Origin: Ostrea edulis
Lineage: Eukaryota
Direction of reading: 5' to 3'
Length of the DNA stretch: 64,000 nucleotides
Assembly: GCF_947568905.1 (NCBI RefSeq)
Contig: NC_079171.1
Span: 52,824,001-52,888,000 of the forward strand
The notes under the pieces are model-generated. The model was given only the letters and a program-made list of their open reading frames with translations, made no database searches and was not told the DNA's origin. Below, one piece after another: positions 13,627 to 24,691 of this stretch (the stretch's first letter is position 1; each line of letters starts with the position of its first letter). The position numbers were made by a program, and so were the translations under genes.

Positions 13627-13790
13627 GCACTGGAAAATAAAAAGGTGCATCACCAACGGAAAACAAGATAACTGTGCCTTGTTCACTTGTATCCCTTTTA
13701 TAAACTGAATGTAACTAGCATTCATACATTTTAATAATACTGACACGTGAAAAAAACACCAGGTTTTGCGTGGGAGGGGGAGGGGCGTGT
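13627..13790 (+). repeat. Dispersed single copy related to the AT-rich module of the 1-8640 satellite
   Basis: CATCACCAA..., TGCCTTGTTCAC, AACTGAATGTAACTAGCATT and CAGGTTTTGCGT are shared with the array and its right end (8540-8630). Confidence 0.7.
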
Positions 13791-13864
13791 TGTGCACCTT
13801 GCCATTTTTTTTTTTTAAAAATGCAGATAGGCAGGCGTAAGGTTGATTGAACTGACGCTACATG

Positions 13865-13941
13865 TTTGTCGCAGCCGGGATTCGAACTCCAGCCTTCCGC
13901 AGGCGGGACGAACGCTCTAAACTCTAGATCACCGCGGCGGT
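13865..13941 (-). mobile_element. tRNA-derived SINE head (same family as 17586)
   Basis: Reverse complement ACCGCCGCGGTGATCTAGAGTTTAGAGCGTTCG...GGAGTTCGAATCCCGGCTGCGACA carries A and B boxes. Confidence 0.85.
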
Positions 13942-14401
13942 CAAACAATATTGGGAGATAAATGAATACAAACTTAATATAAATTTACCCCCCCCCCCCA
14001 AAAAAAATCAAACAAACAAACGATGCTAGTGTGTGTATAGATTTATATATGTTGATGATATTTTGAGTAGATTTATAACTCTTGATTCTAGCGCTAATTT
14101 CCAGTAATAAATACGCATATACAGATGTTATTATTTATCTATTTATTTTTACATAATTGTAAGGCCTAAACGTAGCTAAAACAATAATTCATTAACCCAA
14201 GACTTGAACATTCTATACATTCATTTCTTTAAAAAAAAATATCCATTAAAGTATTGAATTTATCACAGATATTAATTTTTATTATTGAAACATTGACTTG
14301 TTTATTTATGCAACATATTTTAAAAAATGGTCTAGAACATGCAGACATCAAATGTTGATCCGTACTGCACGTTGTCAATGTAAACAAAGTTCATTAATCC
14401 T

Positions 14402-14672
14402 GTGAGGACCCGGGTTAGAATAGGTCCTCAGTATCCCCTTGCTTGTCGTAAGAAGCGACTAAATGGAGCGGTTTTTCGGATGAGACCGCAAAACCCGAGG
14501 TCCCGTGTCACAGCAGTTTTGGCACGATAAAGATCCCTCCCTGCTCAATGGCCCTAAGCGCCCAGCATAGGCCTAAATTTTGCAGCCCTTCACCGGCAGT
14601 GGTGTCGTCTTCAAGTGAGTGAAATATTCTCGAGATGGACGTTAAACAATATAATATACAATCAATCAATCA
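14402..14672 (+). mobile_element. SINE-like element with a structured non-tRNA head and (CAAT)n tail
   Basis: Further copies at 31747, 45399 and 58855. The 3' ~150 nt are shared with the tRNA-SINE at 17586. Ends ...GACGTTAAACAA...(CAAT)n. Confidence 0.85.
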
Positions 14673-15442
14673 TTTGATGTGTATTAAAATGCTGGGTTAA
14701 GTTGTATATACTTTTAAATTAACCTTAATTCTCTCGATTATGTCCATCGTATATTCTTTGTTAAAAGCTTTTATATGATTAAAACCCATTCAAAGATAAT
14801 ATTTTAAAAATAATGTGACATTTACTAATCAGCATGCTATGCAACTATGTTTAAATCGTGTAAAATTTGAAAGGATTAAATTGTAATTCAAGTCCTTTTC
14901 AGCATGTTTATTTTAATATTTTTTTCTTTATTTGTGAAACAACATACTGTCACAATCGTGGTGGTGGTGGGGGGGGGGGGGGGGGGGGGTGACAAAGCCG
15001 GGGAAAACGATGGTACTCACAGTAAGTATCTGATCTACTTTTACCAGATTTATTATCATTAAACTTCAAACAATATATAAGTAAATAAAATGTTTATTGC
15101 ACTTACTTGTATGTAGATGTTAACAGAATGAACAAATGGCGGTGATTTCGTACAGTGTGTCAAATGAACAGTGTTGTAAAAACATAATTTAAAGAAACCC
15201 TACAGCTCAAATCCCGCTATAAGCATGGCATAGAAATTTTACTACAAATTTCCCAAATTTTTGTTGCATTGTTGAAGATATGAAAAGAGGTGAACATTGT
15301 AGCATGGCGTCAGCCTGTTAGACTTACACACCTACTTACAGATGTACACTAGTTCTGGGAAGGGGTAAAAACAGAGCGAGATAAAGCTTAGATGTAAACT
15401 ATAATTTACTTGGGAGATCAACACGTCCATTAGATAAACAAG

Positions 15443-16037
15443 AGCTAGGCGACACGTGCGGGACTTGCGAAGAAACTGGTTGATAAGCTAGCCTTACCAA
15501 GTGCCAAGTTTCAGCACATGTAAATTTCTTTATGAGATAGCACTGTTTAGTTACATGAAGGGCATAAGAGGGTTACCGTTCAAGTAATGATTGATTAATT
15601 ACCGGAAACGGGGGATAATCTCATAATTGGAATGGTGGGTATTCAAACGGAACACTTTTTTGAAAATAAAAATCAATATATGCACGAAGGGGTGCATGAG
15701 CCGAGTTGCATGGGATACATTGTAAAGTCAGGAATGATGTCGCACATTTATAATTGTGAAGAACTAATTTCAGTTTTTAACTTTTCGAGTTGCAATATAC
15801 TGATCAGAAACCATATTTGTCTGAAATTTTCAATCTATTTTCGGTCACTGTGACCTTGACCTTTGACCTATTTTCTCCAAAATCAATAGGGATCTTCCTT
15901 ACCTGGTACATAACAATATCTTTATGTATCATTTGATTCGGATTTAAACTTTCTGAGTTATCCGGAAACCAAATATTTCTGAAATTTTCATTCTATATTC
16001 GGTCACTGAGACATTGACCTTTGTTCTCCAAAATCAA
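15443..16037 (-). mobile_element. Degenerate Helentron-type non-autonomous element (HINE-like) remnant
   Basis: AAACAAGAGC terminus and repeated TGTGACCTTGACCTTTGACC...CCAAAATCAA monomers at 15847 and 16000. Confidence 0.45.
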
Positions 16038-16038
16038 A

Positions 16039-16280
16039 CTCTGTGGCCGAGTGGTTAGAGCATCGCGCTCAAAATCACCCGGCCTCTCACCTCTGGACGG
16101 CGCGGGTTCAAATCCTGCTCTCGCCGGTAAGTGAGAATTAAAGTTTCCCAGTTTACTTTCAGAAGATCGGTGGTCTTTTCCCAGATACATTGTTCTCTTT
16201 TCCACCAACAAAAACTGGGCGCCACCAGATATTAACTGAAAAATTGTTGAGTGTGGCGGAAAACTTCAAAACAAACAATC
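16039..16280 (+). mobile_element. tRNA-derived SINE, V-domain-like
   Basis: A box GTGGCCGAGTGG, B box GGTTCAAATCC, body TCGGTGGTCTTTTC...TCCACCAA. Second copy at 63156. Confidence 0.8.
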
Positions 16281-16304
16281 TTTTCCCGGATTTCTCATTT
16301 TCCG

Positions 16305-16510
16305 GCCCACTCACCCATTGTGACATAATTTTGTTTAAAAAAATAAAAATGATGAAAACGAATCATAAATATACTTGATTGAATATTGTTTAACGTACCT
16401 TGAGAGAATATTTCACTGGTACCAAGCTATTTGTCCTTGTGACCTTGGCCATCTTTGGAATTGACCATTATCGGAGGCATTTGTGTTTCACAAACACATG
16501 TACATCTTGT
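16305..16510 (+). mobile_element. 3' end of a HINE-like element
   Basis: Terminal hairpin TGTGTTTCACAAACACA followed by TCTTGTT. Confidence 0.5.
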
Positions 16511-16962
16511 TCAGTTCAGTGTTGATTCCGGGAGGTCGTTTCTTCTCTCGTTCTTTGACTAGGTTCATGAAATCGTTTTTTATGGTGACAGCCAGTAAAA
16601 AGTGTTAAAATTTGAAAAGTAGAATTATAATTCAAGTCTTTTACATTATATTTATTTTTAAAAAAATGCGTGTTTGCTTAATATTTCTCTTAATAAATTA
16701 TGATGATTTTAAGATGCATATACATTAGTATGCAGTATATGAAACGGTGGATTGTGTGTATGACTTCCCGTTCTCTCTGCAATCCCCCCCCCCTTGCTTT
16801 TGATTTTACAAAATCATGACCAATATCATTACACAAGATATGTCCGTGTTCCGTTGCCCGTTATAGCAACACCCCGATTCATAGATTTGTCTCTAGACTT
16901 ACTGCATATCAACATTAATTTCTAAATTCAAATAATATCTTACCGAATTGTACTCATATAAT

Positions 16963-17302
16963 GTGGTGGATTTAAGGGGGGGGGGGTGCACCCGCGCACC
17001 CTAAAATTTAAAAATAGATGTTGGAGAAATAAATGACAAAATATTCTACTCTATTGGGAGAACTTCTACTTTAAAAAAATCATCAAACTTTGTGCAATGT
17101 TATTAATTTCACCGTATTAAAATTGACAGAAAATAATAAAAATGACTACATAGGAGAGGTATCTCAGGCCCTATACAATCTGTAAAATCCATGAGCTTCC
17201 GGTGGCTTCGCCCCTAGACCCACTGGGGCCTTAAGGCGCCCCGGATTCCCTGTCTAATGAAGTTGCCCCGCCCCCTCTAACCTTAGTGCCTTGATCCACA
17301 AC
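16963..17302. mobile_element. MITE with degenerate terminal inverted repeats and a subterminal poly-G
   Basis: GTGGTGGATTTAAGGGGG... at the left and ...GATCCACAAC at the right. Confidence 0.5.
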
Positions 17303-17585
17303 ACATAATATGACACTATATAATTTTTCCATAATTGAAAGTACTCGCACCAAATCAGTTAAAAATAAAAATAAGATGTTACGTCTCCCATCTTTTCAAC
17401 TTTCTCAGACACCAGCTTCTTCAAACAGTGTTTGATGCTAACTGATGGACCGCTTAAAAATGTACCAGTCAATTCAAAAGACTAAACGTATGTGATAACT
17501 TTCACATAGGCCCCGGGATGCTCGTCCATATTACCATATTTATTACAGTTAATGAGTTTGGTTATACAGTTTCGTTAGATTGAGT

Positions 17586-17982
17586 ACCGCCGCGGTGGCC
17601 AAGAGGTTAGAACGTTCGCCCCGCATGCAGAAGGCCAGGGTTCGAATCCCGACCGCACCGCCGCGGTGGCCAAGATGTTAGAGCGTTCGCCCCGCATGCG
17701 GAAGGCCGGGGTGCAAATCCCGGCCGCGACAGACCTAAGTCGTTAAAACAGGTAGTGACAGTTCCATCGCCAAAAGCTCGGCATCAGGTGTGAATGTTAC
17801 GGGTCGTCGGAGATGACCTTAAAAACGGTTGCCCCGTGTCACAGTAGGTGTGGCACGCTAAAGACACCCCCCCCCCCCTTGATCAATGGCCGTAAGCGCC
17901 GAGCATAGGCCTAAAGAAGCCCTTCACCGATCTTGGTGACGTCTCCATATGAGTAAAAAATTCTCGGACAAGATACAATCGA
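17586..17982 (+). mobile_element. Full-length tRNA(Ala-like)-derived SINE with a tandemly duplicated 71-bp head
   Basis: Heads at 17586-17656 and 17657-17727 with A box GTGGCCAAGAGG and B box GGTTCGAATCC (first copy). Body and tail end in ...ATTCTCG...ACAATC. Confidence 0.9.
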
Positions 17983-18119
17983 TAGATTTTGTTTCAAATC
18001 GTTTCGCACTTTACAGATGCCCATGTTTTCGTCTATGTTTACAATCCCTGTTCAATGTAAGAATTGAAAAAATGTAATACATTCTCAAAGAATTTACATT
18101 ATCACAAATCTCAGTTAAC

Positions 18120-18275
18120 GTACACAAGTAAGGGATAGTGTGGTACGTTTATTTTGGTGTATCTTGATTTATTTGAACGAAGGTTGGTGATGAGTGTGAA
18201 GCACGAGTCTTCGCCCTTCGTCCAAATAAATCAAAATACACCGAAATAAATATTCCATGCTTAACTTACTTGTAT
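18120..18275. mobile_element. Foldback (palindromic) MITE-like element
   Basis: TTATTTTGGTGTATCTTGATTTATTTGAACGAAGG (from 18149) pairs with CCTTCGTCCAAATAAATCAAAATACACCGAAATAA (to 18249). Outer arms are ACAAGTAAG / CTTACTTGT. Confidence 0.75.
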
Positions 18276-18981
18276 CATTACCAAATAGTACCTGTCGTAT
18301 GACCAGTGGTTATTGCGTGATTTTTAATTATCCCAATGAGATCGCATGAGTATTTTGAATATGTTCATCGCGCACTATTTTTATTCAACGATGACCACGA
18401 GGATTTGATTTTATCACCAGCATGTTATGAATCACACATTTCGCGAAATAATGATACATACAAGATGGATATATATCGACACGACCGCGGGCCTAGATCT
18501 CGTGAATTTTGATTTGAACCTTACCAATTTCAAAAAGGAATTGCCAGATGATGTTCTATAATTTATTTACACAGCACAGGTTAAAAGATATGCAAATAAT
18601 GGTTACGCCCACTGATTTATCTCCAGTTATTATGCAGTTTTTATAAAAGGAAAAACACCACGATACAATTAATACATACATAAAGCTCTTTAAAAATGAA
18701 ATACTAATGTATGTTACATGAATCTACACTTGGCCATAGAACTCAAATAAAGGTACTAGTAGTCTATAGCAACGGGAAATTGTGCTGAAATATCTACACC
18801 CGTAAATTGTGGTGGTGGAAGACGCGTTCACTAGGAGCCTCGCTCTCATTCCTCTGACAATAAGGGGTGATCAATCCTTGACACTTCAGACAGCAAATAC
18901 TTCTTTTACTCAAGACATGATACTACACTGTCAGCTGTTTACGTTAAACTATACATACATTCACGATTTCAACACACTACA

Positions 18982-19110
18982 GTGTAACCGGTCAACAGGG
19001 AATGCTTCCTCCTCCAAGACACCTCTTGTGTGTCCAGGTGTCCGTGTTTGTACTCTGTCGATTCGCACGTTTAATAGGAGGTATGAGACTTGATTATCGT
19101 TACCTTTTCA
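18982..19110 (+). mobile_element. 3' fragment of an abundant retroelement (Penelope-like by recollection)
   Basis: ATGCTT(A/C)CTCCTCC..GCACCT...GTGTCCAGG.GTCCGTGTTTG...ATGAGA is homologous to 22467-22670. The class is not verified. Confidence 0.5.
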
Positions 19111-19227
19111 CAACATGTACACTGTATACCCTAGAATGAAAATGTCTGGTGAGTTTGAAATGCTTTTCAAAGATTATCAACCCTATTGTTTTGACGTATA
19201 TCTGCAATATGTTAAAAAGCTTTACGA

Positions 19228-21446
19228 TTACACATCATCTCGGGATTTTAATGTCTCTCCAAGTTTGGCTCTAAACGCTACAATTTCTTCTTCCTTCTCT
19301 CCTTCCGGGTACTCTAAATATGATTTACTTTCAACAAGGTCCATCAAATGAAGAGGAAGATCTCTCATAACTCTGCTTTGTAATGTTATTAGAAACAGAA
19401 CATTTTCACCGTTACGAGAATAAATCGCTTCCATTCGCGCCATGTTAAGTTCAAACATGCACCAGTAAGATGTTAGGAAATGTGACGTCATAATACAGAC
19501 TGTTTGTCTGCTGTTGTGAATGGCGTTTGTAATGTTTTCAGCGATTCCTGTCCCTGGAATAAAATCTCAATGATTTTAGCAAGCCTGATCACAAAGGTTC
19601 TATCAAGATCCGCGTATGAAATAAACACGTTGTATCGATATGAACCTGGACAATTGACGTCATCGATGTTGACACGACCTTGATATTTTTCTCTGACGAC
19701 ATAGTACATGTAACGGAGCTTCCATCGATATCTATATATAATGCGACTTAGTAATAAAGTCGTTGAAATAATGATTAGTGACGTCATAACCACTATAACA
19801 AGTGTATATGAGGAACATTTCTTCTCCAAGCTCTGTAAAAGGATATCGATATCAGTCATAGGGAAATGTGATGAATTTCCAAATGCGCAGGTATAATTTC
19901 CAAAGAACACAAATTTAAGTGTCTCCGAGTCTTGCATCCATTTCAGAAAATCCAAATTTTCACATGAACATTTCAAGTTGTTTCCAATTAAATTGACGTG
20001 CACTACTCTGCCACGAGATACCGTATCTAAAGCGTCTCTGGTGGATGATTTGAGACTGGACAGATGGTTGTAAGATAAATCAACCAAGGATAAACTTTTC
20101 ATGTGATTAATTTGTACGTGAAACTCAGTCATAGAATTATAACTCAAATTCATGTATATGATGTTGTAATTATTTTGAAATATTTTCGCAGGAAGTCTAA
20201 CGATTCTGTTAGAAGACAGATCGAGGGACGTCAGCTGATATTGTTCCGAAAAAAGTTCGCCGTTGGTGTCTTTTTCAAACACCTGCCCAAGTGCATTGTT
20301 TGACAGATTTAGATTTCGAAGAGCTCTGAGAGATTTCAGACAAGACTTTTCAATGTAGCGGCAGAAGTTTCCAGATAAATCAATGTATTGAACATTATCC
20401 ATGCCTGTCATTGGGCCAATCAACTCGTATAGGATGTTTCTTTGTCCAAAAATGTGCGTTAATTTGTTTTTCTTTCCAAGGGGATATTATCATGATAGTA
20501 AAGATAACGCAGATTTTCAGGTAAATAAATCGTGTAATTTTTAATCCACCCTCCAACATTATCCTTTCCTAAACGGGATTCGCTTAATGGAATGGTTTGG
20601 TTATTATGCTCAGTTCCTGAGACATGCGCATCCAGTCTAAACATTGGAGGTTTTCGTGCATCGTTGCATTTTTTTAAAGAAATCGCCATCCATGCCGACT
20701 TGATGAAAAGATGATTGGTAGCTGATATTCAATATCTCCAGATTGTGCAAAATTGCGAACTCCATGATGTACAGTCCAAAGCTCAACACATTATCTGACA
20801 AATTAAGGATACGCAAAGATCTCGGTAGAGACGTGAGCACACCCAATTCCAAACTATTTATTCTGTTTGATGCTAAATTAAGTTCCAGTAAATTAGTTTG
20901 TTTCAAATTAACGACATGGTCAACAGTGACTATGTGACTCGCTCCATAAGTGCAATGAAGTTTTTCGAAATTCAGCGTTTCGATCTTCTTTGAATTTTTC
21001 AGGTCCATCGATATGTTGTATATGACATCAATGGTGAGAACATCGTTCTTCGAAACGTCAAGATGTTCAATTTTTGAATTCCTGTTGAACGTGCCTATGT
21101 GAACTTCGGAGAGTTTGTTCTGTGAAACGCTGAAGTTTTTGAGTTGTCCATACCTGGACAGTGAAGATTGGTTTAAGTGCTGTAAATTGTTATGGGACAT
21201 GTCCAAGTACATCAATGTGCTAGGAAGATTCTGGGGCATCTCCGAAAATTTATTCCTGGCAAAATTTATGGCAATGACATCATCAGGAAAAGTAGGTGAC
21301 GTTTGGAGACCACGGTTGGAGCAGTCGGCGTAAACTTTCTTTCCCCGTGATGTACACGTGCATTGCTGGGTTGATGGGCAATTATATTCTGTTCCCATAA
21401 CAACGGCAATCAACATTGAGATTGGGACCAAACGTCTTGTTTCCAT
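19228..21446 (-). pseudogene. TLR: Toll-like receptor (signal peptide, LRRNT, LRRs, LRRCT, TM, TIR), single coding exon, disrupted
   Basis: Four consecutive ORFs give LRRNT CPSTQQCTC..ADCSNRGL, LRRs, LRRCT NNLKCSCENLDFLKWM, TM LVIVVMTSLIII, TIR box 1 YNVFISY and WCMFELNMA. Frameshifts lie at the A7 run 20669-20675, at ~20480 and at ~19575. TIR box 2 reads H*DFIPG (TGA at 19569-19567). Acceptor TTTTATTACAG lies 2 nt before the ATG. Confidence 0.9.
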
Positions 21447-21524
21447 TTCTGTAATAAAATGTTAGATGAATACATGTATTTTAATAATGGTGATGAGACG
21501 ATGATTATGATGATGATTACATGT

Positions 21525-21781
21525 ATAATGTAAAACTTATACGGTACCAATTTTGATGCACCAGATGCGCATTTCGACAAATAATGTCTCTTCAGTGATG
21601 CTCAACCGAAATGTTTGAAATCCGAAATAACTTTTAGATCTAAATATAGCCAAAAACAGCGTGCCAAAAAAGTGGAGCCAAATTCGTCCAAGGATAAGAG
21701 CTATGCATGAGGGAGATAATCCTTAATTTTGAAATGAATTTCAAAATTTTATAACAGCAATTAAATATACATCCGTATTTT
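21525..21781 (-). mobile_element. Partial non-LTR retrozyme / Penelope-related monomer carrying an intact minimal hammerhead
   Basis: Homologous to 11464-11672 and contains the ribozyme at 21558-21601. Confidence 0.75.
21558..21601 (-). ncRNA. Minimal type I hammerhead ribozyme
   Basis: Minus strand GCATCA-CTGAAGA-GAC(ATTATTT)GTC-GAAA-T(GCGC)A-TC^-TGGTGC: complete core, 6-bp helix I (one GU), 3-bp helix II, palindromic GCGC helix III loop, AUC cleavage triplet. Confidence 0.85.
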
Positions 21782-21916
21782 ATAAGAAAAATGCTAAGAA
21801 TATATATGTAGACGTTTTTGAAGTATAAAGTATAATAAGAAATATCTATTAAAAGATACCCTTTCTACTAGAAATGCAAAAACGAAAGAAAAACAAACAT
21901 GACCGATTTAGTTTAT

Positions 21917-22082
21917 TATAGGATTAAACATTCTTTTTGAAAAAATTATCGATGTGTAAACTCCGGATATTTTACTCACAAACTGAATAAAAGTGCGAAT
22001 CACTTTTATGTTAAGTTTGTGAGTAAAATGGCCGGAGTTTACACATCGATAAATTCTTCAAAAAGAATGTTTGATTCTTATA
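21917..22082. mobile_element. Near-perfect foldback MITE with TA ends (Tc1/mariner-like)
   Basis: ~68-bp arms TATAGGATTAAACATTCTTTTTGAA...CTCACAAACT / AGTTTGTGAG...AAGAATGTTTGATTCTTATA, with an inner hairpin ATAAAAGTG/CACTTTTAT. Confidence 0.85.
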
Positions 22083-22466
22083 ATTCCAATTCATTCACTT
22101 CATTAACAATTGCAAAAATTTGAATAGTTTCCCCGCACTATGTTATTTGTTTTAAGGCGTGTATGAATACATCGCGTTTTCGGATTTATTGATGTATAAA
22201 CTCTTGTTCAGCTTTATTTTTGTCCAATCAAAACACTTGTAATAAATAACATTGGAATTATAGTCTTTTAACCGTTAAATATATCATTTTAACCTATATA
22301 GCATATTACGGCTAGCATGTGTTTAATGCAATTTCATAAAAACATTGAAAACAACATGGCGTATGCACGGTATGTAGGCATCACGGACACTTTCTATTGA
22401 AACGGGTCACTTTCAGAGGAAAAGCGATGGACACTTTAAAATGAAACTGCCGTTTCTGCATAACAA

Positions 22467-22670
22467 GTTTCATACCGATTGTTAGACCGTTTTTGGCACA
22501 CTGATTTTGACTACGGATAACTCCGTTTACTTAATCAGGATATCCTTGGCACTCCTTACTATGCTTACTCCTCCTAGGCACCTGATCCCACCTCTGGTGT
22601 ATCCAGGGGTCCGTGTTTGCCCAACTCTTTATTTTGTATTACTTAAGGGATTTATGAGATTGATCACCAC
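22467..22670 (+). mobile_element. 3' fragment of an abundant retroelement (Penelope-like by recollection)
   Basis: ATGCTTACTCCTCCTAGGCACCTGATCCCACCTCTGGTGTATCCAGGGGTCCGTGTTTGCCC; homologous to 18982-19110. Confidence 0.55.
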
Positions 22671-23531
22671 ACTCATTGTGAACCACGAAAGATAACTCTT
22701 TCATCTCTATTTTACGGGGGGAAAAGAGTTACACTCCTTTCTTTCCGTCAGAAGGAACTATGGGATATGTTGTCAAATGGCGCTCTCTTCGAAGAGAAAC
22801 GAGATGTAAGCACACATTTTATGCTTTGGTTTTAGCTTTTATTCACTTACAGAATTATTTTAAGGAATACTTATATACTACAAACTACAAACAAGAGAAA
22901 TCATCGATTTTAACCACGACCTTTATAAACAGAGGCGAATGTTTCCCCGACTAACCGCGACACGGAAAACATGTCAGCACATGCAGAGTAGTGTCCGATT
23001 TACTTTGGGATTTAAAACTCTTCACGTTGAAGCACGACTTGTTGTTTGTATGAAATCGAATGGGTTTTGTTTTTGGTCGAAGCTGTGATTATTTTCGGCA
23101 CGGTAAGGTTTTCCAATATCATTGATGGCATATATAACACTGTATAAACATTCTGCACAGTTCAATATTGAAAAGTTTTTAGCATGTTCAAGAGAATTTT
23201 CCGATTTCCCTTCGAATCTTTTAATCTACATGATCTAAGAGAAGGGAGGGGATTGCTAGAGATAACTGTAATATAAAGGCAAGATTTATTTTGTAAACTG
23301 ATGCCACAATATGAATTTGACATTAGTATTTTGGTCAAAAATATCTAGCAAAAGAGCTTCAATAGGCTAACAGGTCTATTTTGAACTATATATCTTGTTA
23401 ACTTTGATTTTGCTGAGGATTCAATGACTGTGTATTGGTTAGATGTCTCATAATCTGATATTTTTATGTGGACCGCATAGTAAGTGGAGGAATCAGTAAA
23501 TGAATTAAGATCTCTTCAGATTTCAATGTTT

Positions 23532-24691
23532 TAGTGTTAAATATAAAGCAAACTAGCATGGTGCCGCGCCATGCCCTTTTTGGCTGGCGCCATGCCCTTT
23601 TTATTTCAGTCTTCACAAAAATATTTAAAACTTGCTGGCAAGTCGGACCAGTGAACTGTCTGAATTTACTGGCCCACAGTGACATTTACTGGCCCCCAAA
23701 TTTTCATAGTACATGTTTATCACATACATTATGGAATGCATTGTAAAACTGTACAATTAATTTACTGAAACTATGCTTATTACTCATATTCATATCCACC
23801 CTAAGACATCCTTTCTGTCGATACCAGAAAAACAACACCGTACATGGTATTTTCTCTCTCTCCGCAAGACTACAAATTCACGTATTTTTCACAAACATGA
23901 AAACAGTCCAAGTGCACCTTAGGAAGTAACCTTCTCTACCAACATCAAATGTAAACGATTGCTTAATTCTATAAACTATAGAAATTGCATAAAATCAGAG
24001 ATTTTGTAATTGACGAAGTTCATTTTAATTTGATAATGCAATAAAGCAGCAGTTACCGGTGTGCAGTGCGATACAGAACGTGGCCATTTTTGTTGTTTCA
24101 AGAAGTTGTTCGTTGACTATTCACGTGATGAAGTACAAGTTATCTTGACAATTACAAGTATAGTTGTCGTTCTTTACTTTAAAGAAATAAACAAACCACG
24201 ATGTCAAAACACTTACTTTATAAATGTGCTATTTTATATTGATTTATTTTCATTTTGATGGTAATATAAGTAAAATAAGACGTTTAGAATATCTAAATCC
24301 AACATTATATTTAATGTGACTTACAAAAAGTCTACAAGCCCATCAGACTTCCTGATTTTTTTTTTCACTGACCCGACCGTAAAATTCACTGGCCTTGGTC
24401 TTCGGACCACTGAGTCTTCGTAAAGACTGTTAATTGCGCCATGCCCTTTTTTCTATAAATTTTATAAAGATATTTGTTAATATATAATTGTTCTTTATTT
24501 CACAAGGTTGATTGAAAGTTTTAAAATCAAGGCAGCAGACCTGTATTAACTTTTAAAGAGGCTAAATGATCATTCTATTACTATCATAGTATGATACAAT
24601 GAAAGTGCCCCAAAATTGTCTTACCGCGACGAAAAGTGCCCTTTTGAACATATGATATGTGTGCCCTCTCTAGATCCTAGATTTAACACTA
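23532..24691. mobile_element. Non-autonomous TIR element containing a nested element
   Basis: TIR TAGTGTTAAATATA / TAGATTTAACACTA (13/14) and subterminal GCGCCATGCCCTTT and TGCCC repeats. Confidence 0.6.
23607..24429. mobile_element. Nested non-autonomous TIR element (CAGTCTT...AAGACTG)
   Basis: Imperfect TIR CAGTCTTCACAAAAA / TCTTCGTAAAGACTG with ACTGGCC subterminal repeats. Confidence 0.55.

Noticed and set aside
16039-17727. Functional tRNA genes in the SINE heads
   Set aside because: Acceptor stems are incomplete and they are followed by SINE bodies and tails; one family member has a TSD.
23193-23210. Degenerate kB-like pair upstream of the TLR
   Set aside because: Poor consensus match and the TSS is unknown.
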